This document shows, one piece after another, positions 26,665 through 36,530 of a stretch of DNA of 40,846 nucleotides. Position 1 is the stretch's first letter, and every line of letters begins with the position of its first letter. A program made the position numbers and the translations under genes. Location: NCBI GenBank assembly GCA_021647535.1, contig JAKIUO010000001.1, positions 1 to 40,846 on the forward strand, given 5' to 3'. This DNA comes from Hyphomicrobiaceae bacterium (GTDB lineage: Bacteria; Pseudomonadota; Alphaproteobacteria; Rhizobiales; JAKIUO01). A model generated the notes under the pieces. The model did not search any database. It was not told where the DNA came from and saw nothing but the letters and a program-made list of their open reading frames with translations.

Positions 26665-28131
26665 CTATTTTCTCCAGATTGCCAGATTAAGCAGTCCAAG
26701 AATGACCAATGTTTCGACGCGTCCGACAATCATACCGACACATAAAACCAGTTGAGCCTTTGTCCCCATCTCGGCAATCGTTGGAAAAACCTCGCCATGT
26801 TCCGGGCGCACCAGATCATAAGCTGGACCAAAATTGCTAAACGAGCTGACTGAGACAAGCAAGGCTGCGTTCAAAGGAACCCCCATATAGGAGAGGACCA
26901 TCATCATGAACACCAGAAACAGCATGGTTATGGAGAAAATACTCCATATGGAACGGCGGACATCGCGGTCACGATTTTTGCTTCCATAAACGGTTGGGTG
27001 AATGCCGTGGGGATAAAGCAGGTTTTGCAGCTCGCGTCCCGAAAGATCCAGCATGGTCAAAATACGGCTGAACTTCAGACCTCCCGCCGTTGAATAGCGC
27101 CCACCGCCGACGATTGCCGCAACCAGCAAGAGCAAATAGGGCAGTACGAGCTGGTCTGGATTGCCAAAAACAAACCCGCTTGTTGTTATCAAAGAGGCCG
27201 CTGCGGCTATGCCGGTTGTCAGGCTGAGAACGATTGACAACAGGCCCGGGGATGTGGATTTAGCCAGAATGAGGACCGCGAACGTCAACCCAAGAAGCAG
27301 GATTACAAAAGCGATCCGCAAGGGTTCATTTGTGCGGGACATGATTGTCCAGTTGCGATCAACAACGGCCTTGACCCAGATAATACTGACGGCTCCCAGA
27401 AACATGAATATGGCCAACGTCAATTCAGCCAAAGGACTGCCATACAGGGAAATGGAACCGGCTCGCGGCATATACCCACCCGTTGACAGGGTCGACAGAG
27501 ACAGACAAAACGCATCGAATACAGGAATGTCAAACAACAGCAACAAGACAAAGCACAGAGTGGTAAGACCCGTATAAAGCGGCAGAATTGTCGCGACTGT
27601 ATTCTCCAGATCCATTGAACTTCCACTGTTCGAATGAATAATGGACCGGGTATCGCGTCCAAACAGCTCAACCCCCATGATACGGCCAATGATGAAGGAC
27701 AACATCAGCAAGGTTGTCAGCCCTCCCATCCATTGCAGCAATGAACGCCATAAGAGGATCGATTTTGGAATGTCTGACAGATTTGAGACAAGCGAGGAGC
27801 CGGTTGTCGTAAACCCTGACACGGCTTCAAAATAAGCGCTGGCAAAAGTACTCACATGTCCTGTGAGATAATAGGGCATGGCCGCGCCCAAAGGCAGCAA
27901 AAACCAGACGCCCACCACGATCAATAATTGTTGCCGGCGACCAATAGACAGCTTTTCCTGATGCAGAGCAAAAATCAACCCGCCCGCCAGAAAGAAAAGC
28001 GCCACAGACGAGTTCATAAAGGCCATTGCCTGAGGCTTTTCACCAACGGACAACGCGAAAAAAGCTGGTATCATCATCGATAGGGACAACCCACCAAGGC
28101 ACCAGCCCAATATATATGAGGTCGCCAGCAT
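26665..28131 (-). CDS. trkH: Trk-type potassium uptake protein TrkH
   Basis: Polytopic, with four selectivity-filter-like repeats (GFTTTGSS, LSTGGYMP, ITTSGFVF, FSNFGPAY). The start is moved to ATG 28131 (MLATSYILGW...); the track start at 28197 is a TTG that adds 22 polar residues. Confidence 0.9.
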   Translation of the reverse strand: MLATSYILGWCLGGLSLSMMIPAFFALSVGEKPQAMAFMNSSVALFFLAGGLIFALHQEKLSIGRRQQLLIVVGVWFLLPLGAAMPYYLTGHVSTFASAYFEAVSGFTTTGSSLVSNLSDIPKSILLWRSLLQWMGGLTTLLMLSFIIGRIMGVELFGRDTRSIIHSNSGSSMDLENTVATILPLYTGLTTLCFVLLLLFDIPVFDAFCLSLSTLSTGGYMPRAGSISLYGSPLAELTLAIFMFLGAVSIIWVKAVVDRNWTIMSRTNEPLRIAFVILLLGLTFAVLILAKSTSPGLLSIVLSLTTGIAAAASLITTSGFVFGNPDQLVLPYLLLLVAAIVGGGRYSTAGGLKFSRILTMLDLSGRELQNLLYPHGIHPTVYGSKNRDRDVRRSIWSIFSITMLFLVFMMMVLSYMGVPLNAALLVSVSSFSNFGPAYDLVRPEHGEVFPTIAEMGTKAQLVLCVGMIVGRVETLVILGLLNLAIWRK

Positions 28132-28217
28132 TTTTACGCACGTACTCCGCTCATCCAGCTTCCTCAACGCCCGCGACCTCAACGCCCACGACTCCAACTC
28201 TCTGGGGCGTCTGCTGC

Positions 28218-29594
28218 CTAAAAATAATCCAGACTGACCCTGAAGAGTTGTTCGACTTCATGGACATTCTCGCCAAGCGCAAAAATAATCACCCGATCTC
28301 CCTGTTTGATGACGAGATCGCCATCGGGCAATATCATCTCCGTGCTCCGAATAATAGCCCCTATTCTCACACCAATAGGCAGATCAAGCTCTCTTAGAGG
28401 CTTGCCGACAAGCGGGGATGTTTGCAAAGCTTCTGCCTCAATGATTTCGGCAGCACCGTCGCGGATTGAATAAACACCCTTGATGCGCCCTCTTCGCACA
28501 TGTTCCAATATGCGCGAAATCGTAATGGAACGGGGGTTGAGATGCGCTTCAATGCCGAGCCCGTCAACAATCGTCATATAGCTGCGATTATTGATCAGGC
28601 ACAGATTATGCCGACAACCAAGACGCTTGGCCAGTACACTGGACAAGATATTGACCTGATCATCATTGGTCAGGGCAATCATCATATCTGCATCACGAAT
28701 ATCGGCTTCATTGAGGATGGCTTCATTGAGGACGCTGCCATGGAGAACAATTGTACTCTTTAAATGTTCAGCGGCAGCAACCGCCATGGTATGATCGACT
28801 TCAATAATTTTTTGGCTGGTAAACGGATGATGGTGCTCAAGCCATTTGGCGACATAGAGCCCAATATTGCCAGCTCCAGCTATGACGACCCGATTGGCCC
28901 TGTCTTTTTTATGGCCAAAAATTTTCATGGTACGCTCAACCTGATCAGCACGCGCAATAAGATAGACATTGTCTCCAACAATCAGTTCGTCTTTGCGTCC
29001 TGCCGCAAACAGTTCACCGTTTCGGGATATCCCCACAACCCTTGCGAACAAATCAGGAAAAAGATCGGTCAACTGTTCAAGAGGCGTATCAAGAATAGGA
29101 CATTCTTCGGAACAATTAATGCCAATTGCGGTGATGCGTCCTTCATCAAAGCTAAAGGCATCAAGAGCCCCTGGAAGATTGAGACGCTGCAAAACAGCCT
29201 CGCCAACCTCGATCTCTGGCGAGATGATGACATCAATTGGCATATGGTTGCGCGTGAACAGTTCTGCCCAGTGCGGTTCTCGATAACTTTGCGCTCTTAT
29301 TCTTGCTATCTTTTGGGGGATATTGAACATGGTGTGGGCGATCTGACAGGCCACCATGTTGACCTCGTCATGATAGGTCACGGCAATCAGCATGTCACAT
29401 TCATTGGCGCCAGCCCGGTCCAGCATATCGGGATGCGCTCCATGGCCGACAAAACCCTGCACATCCAGATTATCACTGATCTGCTGAATGAGGTCCGCCT
29501 GAGTATCAATGACAGCAACATCATTGCCTTCAGCGGCCAGATGTTCTGCGATGCCATATCCTACCTGGCCGGCACCGCATATAATCACTCTCAT
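28218..29594 (-). CDS. trkA: Trk system NAD-binding protein TrkA
   Basis: 458 aa with two RCK/Rossmann repeats (MRVIICGAGQVGYGIAEHL and VVIAGAGNIGLYVAKWL), each followed by a TrkA-C domain. Confidence 0.95.
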   Translation of the reverse strand: MRVIICGAGQVGYGIAEHLAAEGNDVAVIDTQADLIQQISDNLDVQGFVGHGAHPDMLDRAGANECDMLIAVTYHDEVNMVACQIAHTMFNIPQKIARIRAQSYREPHWAELFTRNHMPIDVIISPEIEVGEAVLQRLNLPGALDAFSFDEGRITAIGINCSEECPILDTPLEQLTDLFPDLFARVVGISRNGELFAAGRKDELIVGDNVYLIARADQVERTMKIFGHKKDRANRVVIAGAGNIGLYVAKWLEHHHPFTSQKIIEVDHTMAVAAAEHLKSTIVLHGSVLNEAILNEADIRDADMMIALTNDDQVNILSSVLAKRLGCRHNLCLINNRSYMTIVDGLGIEAHLNPRSITISRILEHVRRGRIKGVYSIRDGAAEIIEAEALQTSPLVGKPLRELDLPIGVRIGAIIRSTEMILPDGDLVIKQGDRVIIFALGENVHEVEQLFRVSLDYF

Positions 29595-29614
29595 GATAAG
29601 TTCCCAATTTCTGC

Positions 29615-29640
29615 ACCCGAAAATTCAGAGGTTTTCGGGT
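29615..29640 (-). promoter_or_regulatory. Stem-loop in the trkA 5' leader
   Basis: ACCCGAAAA (29615-29623) pairs with TTTTCGGGT (29632-29640), giving 9 bp and an 8-nt loop. It ends 20 nt upstream of the trkA ATG. Its function is unknown. Confidence 0.3.
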
Positions 29641-29909
29641 TCGATCTCAAAAATCTGGCTTGCACTCTTGTTTCGTCATTTTCTACCCTTTGCTTGCCTC
29701 AAAGCACAAGGACAGATCAAAAGTATGCCGTATCTATCGGATTTTTATAGCAGAAATTTATAATAAAGAAGTGTTTATGTTATAAATATTTTATTGTTTC
29801 ACGTTCCAAAAAAGCGCAATTTTCAAAATTACAGACCACATGGGAATAAATTCCTCACATTTGAAGCCCACCTGCAGGAATGAGGCCTGCAGGATCGTTA
29901 GGAAAGAAC

Positions 29910-29949
29910 AGAGCGATTGGTATTATACCAGTCGAGGCGAAATCGCTCT
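29910..29949 (-). terminator. Stem-loop overlapping the ntrX stop codon (possible terminator)
   Basis: AGAGCGATT (29910-29918) pairs with AATCGCTCT (29941-29949), giving 9 bp and a 22-nt loop. On the minus strand it is followed by GTTCTTTCC. A second hairpin, made of two CCTGCAGG palindromes (29871-29878 and 29886-29893), lies just downstream. Confidence 0.3.
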
Positions 29950-31339
29950 AACTCGCCTCTTTCTTACGATCTGAAGAATTGACGCCAAGGACGCGCAATT
30001 TGCGATGCAAAGCTGATCGTTCCATACCAATAAACTCTGCCGTTCTGGAGATATTACCGCCAAAACGGTTGATTTGTGCCAACAAATATTCTCGTTCAAA
30101 AATTTCGCGTGCATCACGCAATGGCAGAGACATAAGATGTTCTCCCCCGCTGCCCTCAGGGTTGAGGTTCACGGACCCACCAAGTTCTTCGGGCAGCATT
30201 TCAGCTGTTATAACCGTATCAGCATCCCCTTCTGAAAGGATCATCAAGCGTTCAACAATATTGCGCAGCTGACGCACATTTCCTGGCCATTCATAGGACT
30301 GTAAAATAGCCATGGCATCTTCGCCAATGATCCGGGGAACGAGCCCTGAAGATACCGATATCTGCCCAATGAAATGCTCAACCAGCATAGGAATATCTTC
30401 ACGCCGCTCGGAAAGCCCAGGCACTTCCAGCGGCACAACATTCAGCCGATGAAACAGGTCTTCGCGTAAATTCCCCTGACGGCGTTGATCTTCCAGATTT
30501 CGAGAGGACGAACTGACAATGCGCACATTAACCTCGACCTTTGTGCCACTGCCAAGACGCTGGAATTTCTGTTCCACCAAAACCCGCAAAATCTTGCTCT
30601 GGGTCTCCAGAGGCATATCGGCAATCTCATCAATATACAGCGTGCCGAGATGCGCTTCTTCCAAAGCTCCGACTTTACTGGGAGACCCTTGTTGATCATT
30701 CGTGCCAAAAAGCTCCAGTTCCATACGGTCCGGGGTGATGGCGGCGGCATTCAAAGCCACGAAAGGACCATTGTTTTGGCTGGAGAATATATGTAGCATT
30801 CGTGCCGTCAACTCTTTGCCACAACCAGATGGCCCGGTAATCAGAACACGACTATTGGTGGGAGCCACCTTCTCAATAGATTGGCGCAACTGGTTGATAA
30901 CGGCTGAATTACCAATCATTTCCTGACTGATCGGGCTATGTTCACGTAGTTCCTGAACCTCTTTGCGCAACCGAAATGACTCAATCGCCCGTTGGGCAAT
31001 ATTAATCAGCTTGTCAGTATTAAAAGGTTTTTCAATAAATTCATAGGCCCCGCGTTTGATCGCAGTTACCGCTGTTTCAATATTGCCATGACCCGATATG
31101 ATCACCACAGGAATATCCGGGTGCATCTGCTGAATACGATCAAGAACCTCAAGACCATCAAGACGACTGCCCTGCAGCCAGATATCCAGAATAACCAGCG
31201 AGGGCCTACGATCCTCAATGGCAATCAGCGCATCGTCACTATTCCCGGCCTGCCTGGCTTCATACCCTTCATCTTCTAAAATCCCGGCAACAAGTTCTCG
31301 GATATCGGCCTCATCATCAACTATTAGGATATCATACAC
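29948..31339 (-). CDS. ntrX: Response regulator NtrX (NtrC-family AAA+ protein lacking the GAFTGA loop)
   Basis: Receiver domain (DILIVDDEADIRELV, DIWL), AAA+ domain (GPSGCGKE) and C-terminal HTH (RTAEFIGMERSALHRKLRVLG). ELFGTNDQQGSPSKVGALEEA occupies the place of GAFTGA. I prefer the GTG at 31339, which sits 7 nt after GAGGGAGAG and gives MYDILIVDDE. The track ATGs at 31369 and 31357 have no SD. Confidence 0.9.
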   Translation of the reverse strand: MYDILIVDDEADIRELVAGILEDEGYEARQAGNSDDALIAIEDRRPSLVILDIWLQGSRLDGLEVLDRIQQMHPDIPVVIISGHGNIETAVTAIKRGAYEFIEKPFNTDKLINIAQRAIESFRLRKEVQELREHSPISQEMIGNSAVINQLRQSIEKVAPTNSRVLITGPSGCGKELTARMLHIFSSQNNGPFVALNAAAITPDRMELELFGTNDQQGSPSKVGALEEAHLGTLYIDEIADMPLETQSKILRVLVEQKFQRLGSGTKVEVNVRIVSSSSRNLEDQRRQGNLREDLFHRLNVVPLEVPGLSERREDIPMLVEHFIGQISVSSGLVPRIIGEDAMAILQSYEWPGNVRQLRNIVERLMILSEGDADTVITAEMLPEELGGSVNLNPEGSGGEHLMSLPLRDAREIFEREYLLAQINRFGGNISRTAEFIGMERSALHRKLRVLGVNSSDRKKEAS

Positions 31340-33698
31340 GGTAATTCTCTCCCTCATTTCGTGACGCATCAGCAGAGCTACTGGAATTTTCGCCCAAGTC
31401 TTTGGTCAGACTTTTTGTGTTGATGGGAATTGTGACAGGTTTAACCTTGAAACTGTTTTTCTTCTTATAGGGAAGGATCAGTCTCACGCGGGCACCCGTC
31501 TCGTTCGGTTTGGTTTTAGGGGCATCTTCCAATAAAATACGCCCCCCATGCTGTTCGGTAATTTTCTGGACAATGGCCAGTCCAAGTCCTGTGCCTTTTT
31601 TCCGTGTTGTCATATAAGGTTCCAAAAGGCGATTTCTTTGCTCGATTGGCAGCCCGCAGCCATTATCGGTAACTTCGATTTCATACTCGTTATTACCCCC
31701 TTTCAAAGCCACCTGGATACGCCCCTGGTAGGTTTTCAACAGAGGTTTTTTATCATGGGCGCAGCCAACAGCTTCCGTGGCATTTTTCACCAGATTGATC
31801 AAAGCCTGTGAAATAAATCCCTTGTCGCACAGCGAGATAATCGGGCTGTCTGGAATCGAAATAGTCAGCTCAAGCTTGTCATCAGGGCTGTCGTACAAGG
31901 TAATGACATCGCGCACAATATCGCGAAGATCATAGAGTTCCATCACCGGATCTGGCATACGCGCAAACTCGGAAAATTCGTCAACCATACGTTTGATATC
32001 TGCGACACGACTGACAATTGTGTCGGTGCAGGTATCAAGGACCCCCCGGTCCTCGCCAATAACAGGTCCGTATTTGCGGCGAATGCGTTCAGCCGACAAT
32101 TGTATGGGGGTCAGAGGGTTTTTCATTTCATGGGCAATGCGCTGGGCGACATCAGCCCAAGCAGAAGACCTTTGCGCCCGCACAAGTTCGGTGGTGTCAT
32201 CAAAGGTCAGAACAAATCCATATTCATGGTCTTCACTGCTCTCTCTTGTCAGCCGCACAGCAAAATGTCTTTCAACACCATTTACGCCCAGCTCAATATC
32301 ATCTTGTATCAGCGTATCGTTTCCATCTTCCCCCTGCTTGGCCATGAGTATTGCCGGTAAAAATTCTGGCACAGCCAGTTCCAGCCTTTTGCCCAAAAGC
32401 TCATCTCCAGAACGCCCCAGTAATTGTTCGGCTGATCTGTTGACATGATCAACAATCCCAAAGGCATCAAGACCAATCACCCCGGCGCTGACACCAGAGA
32501 GCACGGCTTCGATAAAGCGCCGCCTTTCATCCAGCATCAGATTGGTATCAATAAGTTCATTTTGCTGGCTTTTGATCTCTGCCGTCATATTGTTAAAGGT
32601 CGAGCCAAGCTGAGCCAGTTCACCATGATGCGGTTTGAGATGTATGACTGTATCCAGATCGCCCTCCGAAACACTTTGCGCGGCACCAATCAAGCGTCTA
32701 ATCGGTTCGGTCAGGCTGTTGGCGAACCATAGTCCGAGCCAGATCGCCGCCAGCAGCAATGTCAGGGCAATCGCCACATAAGTCAGCGCAAAGGCAATTT
32801 GCACGCCTGTGCGCCGTTGTTCAAGCTCTCTATATTCATAGACGTTGGCCCGTGCCTGTTGTAAATGGCTGATCACCTTTGGATTGACACGGCGAAGCGC
32901 ATACAGATAGGTATCCGTAAAATTAGACAGCTTTTTAATGGCTCCGATCTTGTTTGTTCTGGTCGGTGGAATGATGATCACCGTCCCATCGCGCGCCGCA
33001 CCTAACGATCCAGCCCGAGGCTTTTGATAAGTATCTGGTGCGCTTCCCCCTTTGGCAATCAGCTGGCCATCCTTATGTATCAGGTAGAGGCTGGGCAAGG
33101 CACGCAATGCAGATTGGAACTGCAACATTTTTTTTATGCTTTTTTTGGAGTTAAGAACCTTGGGAAGTTCTTTTTCAACGGCGCTAGCAACAGCCAGCAT
33201 ATCCGCCCGTATGACCTCACTATGCTCCGTGATATAGGTCTTGGCCACTTCCAGACTGTCACGGACGAGGTTTTTGGTATGGGTTGAAAACAGATGATCA
33301 AGGCCGCGATCCAGAGAAATACTGGCAAATATGGCCAGCAAGATAGCTGGCAAAGCCGCCACAATACTGAACTGGCGCACAAAACTGGAATGAAGCTTGG
33401 CACCGGCTCTGCCATGTTTTTTGTTCTTCCAGAGTTCATAAAAATGAACGGCAATCAACAAAATCATGCAGATAATCAGAATTGAATTGATCAGCAAAAC
33501 GGTCACCACGACGCTGTGGCGTGGCTGAATAGGGGTCAGGCCAGTGAGGATGAGATAGGTTGTGAGGCCAAAAACCAGTGACAGGGAAACAAGGACAAGA
33601 CCAATATAAAACAGCGTTTTTCTATTTTTCCCAAAGGGAGCATCCCCAGCTTTTGCCTGTTCTCCAAGCAGCTGAGTGGGCTGATCAATGGTCGTCAT
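31332..33698 (-). CDS. ntrY: Sensor histidine kinase NtrY
   Basis: 788 aa. N-terminal TM helices, a HAMP-like segment (LTEPIRRLIGAAQSVSEGDLD), a PAS region, the H-box AHEMKNPLTPIQLSAERI, the N-box LINLVKNATEA and the G-boxes DNGCGLP and GTGLGLAIV. Confidence 0.93.
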   Translation of the reverse strand: MTTIDQPTQLLGEQAKAGDAPFGKNRKTLFYIGLVLVSLSLVFGLTTYLILTGLTPIQPRHSVVVTVLLINSILIICMILLIAVHFYELWKNKKHGRAGAKLHSSFVRQFSIVAALPAILLAIFASISLDRGLDHLFSTHTKNLVRDSLEVAKTYITEHSEVIRADMLAVASAVEKELPKVLNSKKSIKKMLQFQSALRALPSLYLIHKDGQLIAKGGSAPDTYQKPRAGSLGAARDGTVIIIPPTRTNKIGAIKKLSNFTDTYLYALRRVNPKVISHLQQARANVYEYRELEQRRTGVQIAFALTYVAIALTLLLAAIWLGLWFANSLTEPIRRLIGAAQSVSEGDLDTVIHLKPHHGELAQLGSTFNNMTAEIKSQQNELIDTNLMLDERRRFIEAVLSGVSAGVIGLDAFGIVDHVNRSAEQLLGRSGDELLGKRLELAVPEFLPAILMAKQGEDGNDTLIQDDIELGVNGVERHFAVRLTRESSEDHEYGFVLTFDDTTELVRAQRSSAWADVAQRIAHEMKNPLTPIQLSAERIRRKYGPVIGEDRGVLDTCTDTIVSRVADIKRMVDEFSEFARMPDPVMELYDLRDIVRDVITLYDSPDDKLELTISIPDSPIISLCDKGFISQALINLVKNATEAVGCAHDKKPLLKTYQGRIQVALKGGNNEYEIEVTDNGCGLPIEQRNRLLEPYMTTRKKGTGLGLAIVQKITEQHGGRILLEDAPKTKPNETGARVRLILPYKKKNSFKVKPVTIPINTKSLTKDLGENSSSSADASRNEGENYRV

Positions 33699-33903
33699 AC
33701 AGTTTTACCTTTGCCTGTTGCCACAACGATAATCAAGATTAAAAAAGAGCCGTTTTCGATTTTAAAACTGTATCTTGCCTGCAACAAAAACCTTCGTTGA
33801 ATTACATATTGGCGCTAATGGCAATGACAAGCAATCTTATTGTGACATTTATGAGACAAATAATTTCCTGTTGAGAACTGAAGGCCTCGTTTTATTCAAA
33901 CCT

Positions 33904-35352
33904 TTATTCGCTGGTCCTGATCACTCTGATATCCAGCTTGCGTATTTTGTCACGCAATGTGTTGCGATTAAGGCCAAGCAGCTCGGCTGCCCGCAGCTGA
34001 TTGCCTTTGGTGGCTGCCAGGCACGCACTCAAGAGTGGTTTTTCCATTTCATGCAAGACGCGTTGATAAAGACCAGGTGGTGGCAAGCTATTGCCATACC
34101 CCCGAAAATAGCCAACCAGATAATGTTCAATGGCTTGTGACACATCAAAATTATCAATATCAGCTTTTTGCTGATCAAGGTCCTGAGAGACAAATTCCTG
34201 TGCAATGAGTTCCTCATTTATCTGATCCTGCGCATAGAGGACAACGACACGCCGAATGAGGTTTTCCAGCTCGCGGACATTGCCGGGCCAGTCATGGGCC
34301 TGCAGGCGCTCTATGGCACCGCTGGTCAATACTCTGGATTGCCCGCCTTCTTCCTTCTCCATCAGGCGTAAAAAATGATTGACCAAATCAGGAATGTCTT
34401 CTTTGCGCTCACGCAGAGGCGGCAAGGACAAGGGAACGACATTCAGGCGATAGAACAGATCTTCTCGAAACAATCCTTGTGATATAAGACCGCGCAGGTC
34501 CCGATGGGTTGCCGCAATGACGCGCACATCCGTTTTGATCGGGGTGCGCCCGCCCACCGTCATATATTCCCCTTCTTGTAAAACCCGCAACAAACGGGTT
34601 TGCGCATCCATCGGCATATCGCCGATTTCATCAAGGAATAAGGTGCCCCCCCTGGCTTGCTCAAAACGCCCGGAATTTCTGGTTGTGGCTCCCGTAAACG
34701 CGCCTTTTTCATGGCCGAACAATTCTGATTCAATCAGCTCCTTGGGAATGGCCGCCATATTGAGCGCGACATAGCCGCCTTTTTTCCGTTTTGAGTAATC
34801 GTGCAAAGCCCGCGCGACCAGTTCTTTGCCTGTGCCAGATTCGCCATGAATGAGCACCGTCAGATCCGTTTGCGTCAGACGGGCCAAAATCCGGTAAACT
34901 TCCTGCATGGCCGGAGATCGACCAACCAGCGGCACATCGAGCTCATCTCGTGCGGGCTGGCTGGGCGTCACATCCGTTTTGGTTTGCGACATGGCCCGAT
35001 TGACAACGGCCACCAGTTCGTTGAGATCAAAAGGCTTTGGCAAATATTCATAAGCGCCAAGTTCTGCAGCTGTTATGGCCGTCACCAAAGTGTTTTGTGC
35101 ACTCATGACAATAATTGGCAGCTCGGGACGCGCTTTCTTCATACGCGGGATGAGGTTGAATATATTTTCATCCGGCATCACAACATCAGTGACGACAACA
35201 TCGCCCTCGCCACGTGATATCCACTGCCAGAGGGTTGTGGCATTACTGGTAATCTGAATTTCAAAACCGGCCTGCACAAGGGCGCGTTGCAAGACCATGC
35301 GAATGGCTGCATCATCATCGGCTATGAGAACATGACCTTTACTCATCTTCAT
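33904..35352 (-). CDS. ntrC: Nitrogen regulation response regulator NtrC (sigma-54 activator)
   Basis: Receiver domain ([17 protein letters not shown]). AAA+ domain with GESGTGKE and [13 protein letters not shown]. Fis-type [26 protein letters not shown] overlap with the ntrB stop. Confidence 0.95.
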   Translation of the reverse strand: MKMSKGHVLIADDDAAIRMVLQRALVQAGFEIQITSNATTLWQWISRGEGDVVVTDVVMPDENIFNLIPRMKKARPELPIIVMSAQNTLVTAITAAELGAYEYLPKPFDLNELVAVVNRAMSQTKTDVTPSQPARDELDVPLVGRSPAMQEVYRILARLTQTDLTVLIHGESGTGKELVARALHDYSKRKKGGYVALNMAAIPKELIESELFGHEKGAFTGATTRNSGRFEQARGGTLFLDEIGDMPMDAQTRLLRVLQEGEYMTVGGRTPIKTDVRVIAATHRDLRGLISQGLFREDLFYRLNVVPLSLPPLRERKEDIPDLVNHFLRLMEKEEGGQSRVLTSGAIERLQAHDWPGNVRELENLIRRVVVLYAQDQINEELIAQEFVSQDLDQQKADIDNFDVSQAIEHYLVGYFRGYGNSLPPPGLYQRVLHEMEKPLLSACLAATKGNQLRAAELLGLNRNTLRDKIRKLDIRVIRTSE

Positions 35353-36530
35353 TTCCCTCTTTCGGCTTCAGGGCTTTTATTGCTTTTTCTGGTGTTTTTT
35401 TGATGGGGGAGCAAGACTTTGAAAATGGTGCGCTCATTGAGCTGTTCATACTCGATCACTCCCCCGTGATCCTTTACGGTTTTGGCCACCAGAGCGAGGC
35501 CAAGGCCGGTGCCATTGGCCTTGGTTGTAATGAAGGGATCAAACAGGATCGAGCGAATATCATTCGACACCCCTGGCCCGTTATCTTCTATGGTGATCTG
35601 CAGGGGCAGCGAGGTTTTGACCGGTGATCCAGGCACCGAAAAGCTAACCCCTGGCCGGTAGGAGCTGGTCAGCCAGATTTTTCCTCTTGTTCCGGTCGCC
35701 GACACTGATTCTGCCGCGTTTTTCACAAGGTTCAAAAACATCTGCACCAGCAGATCGCGACTACCCATCAGTTTTGGCAAAGACGGGTCATAATCCTCGA
35801 TGATTTCGATGTCCTTGGCAAAGCCGGTTTTGGCCACTTGCAGAACATGCCCCAAAACGGCATGAATATTCAGAAGCTGATGGTCTGCAATATTATTGTC
35901 GCCAAAGACTTCCATACGGCCAACAAGCCGGGAAATGCGATCGGTTTCCTCACAAATAAGCGTTGTCAGCGTGCGATCCTCCTGCTCGACACTGCCTTCA
36001 AGCAGCTGGGCGGCCCCTCTTATGCCCGACAAAGGGTTGCGTATTTCATGGGCCAGCATGGAGGCAAGCCCCGTAACCGAACGCGCTGCACCCCGGTGGG
36101 CAAGCTGGCGCTCTATCTTTTGGGCAATGCTGCGCGGCTGCATGACGAGAATAATGATTTCCTCATTGCTCTTTTCGTTGCCAAGCAGCATGGGCGTCAC
36201 TTGCAGGTCCATCAATTCATTATTCTTGTGGCGGATGCTGCCGATTTCGACATTATATTCATTGATGCCGCACCATCCCCGTTGCACCTGACGCACCAGA
36301 GACAGTATAGGGCTGTCAAAATGAAAAAGGTCTTCCAGCGAAAGGTTCAGCAAAATGACGCTGCTGGCATTGAAATAGAGCTCTGCTTTGGCGTTGACAT
36401 AATGCAGGCCATTATCGCGGCCCACCGCAATGATGATCTGTGGCAAAGCGTGCAATAGCTGCATTTGCAAATCGGATGAGACTTTTGGTGTTCGGGCTGC
36501 CCGAGCCGTGCGTTCTTTCTGGTCATTCAT
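35349..36530 (-). CDS. ntrB: Nitrogen regulation sensor kinase NtrB
   Basis: 393 aa, cytoplasmic PAS domain, H-box [19 protein letters not shown]-box [11 protein letters not shown], and DNGPGV and [13 protein letters not shown] overlap with the dusB stop. Confidence 0.93.
   Translation of the reverse strand: MNDQKERTARAARTPKVSSDLQMQLLHALPQIIIAVGRDNGLHYVNAKAELYFNASSVILLNLSLEDLFHFDSPILSLVRQVQRGWCGINEYNVEIGSIRHKNNELMDLQVTPMLLGNEKSNEEIIILVMQPRSIAQKIERQLAHRGAARSVTGLASMLAHEIRNPLSGIRGAAQLLEGSVEQEDRTLTTLICEETDRISRLVGRMEVFGDNNIADHQLLNIHAVLGHVLQVAKTGFAKDIEIIEDYDPSLPKLMGSRDLLVQMFLNLVKNAAESVSATGTRGKIWLTSSYRPGVSFSVPGSPVKTSLPLQITIEDNGPGVSNDIRSILFDPFITTKANGTGLGLALVAKTVKDHGGVIEYEQLNERTIFKVLLPHQKNTRKSNKSPEAERGK

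Noticed and set aside
26665-29594. trkH-trkA bracketed by two AT-rich spacers, considered as an inserted island between ntrYX and hfq
   Set aside because: As I recall, the order ntrY-ntrX-trkA-trkH-hfq-hflX is widely conserved in alphaproteobacteria. The composition of the trk genes looks like that of their neighbours, and there are no mobility genes or flanking direct repeats.
29632-29652. GGGTTCGATCTC, resembling a tRNA T-loop (GGTTCGA)
   Set aside because: The flanking bases do not form a T-stem, and no acceptor or anticodon arms can be drawn. The sequence is simply the 3' half of the trkA-leader hairpin.
29595-29660. Possible K+- or c-di-AMP-responsive riboswitch in front of trkA
   Set aside because: The leader hairpin is a simple 9-bp stem. 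There is nothing like the large pseudo-symmetric ydaO-type fold, and that class is not expected in alphaproteobacteria.
28764-29750. 328-aa plus-strand ORF covering most of trkA in antisense
   Set aside because: It is in the codon-aligned antisense frame of trkA: 28764 and the trkA codon boundaries are all multiples of 3. Stops can therefore arise only from sense TTA/CTA/TCA codons, which are rare here. The sequence has no recognisable motifs and a low-complexity, junk-like composition. trkA itself is unambiguous.
35838-36458. 206-aa ORF antisense to ntrB. Similar cases: 8079-8666 antisense to fabG, 36680-37027 antisense to dusB and 38254-38721 antisense to ispDF
   Set aside because: The two I checked (35838-36458 and 8079-8666) are in the codon-aligned antisense frame of a well-supported gene. 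None shows family motifs.
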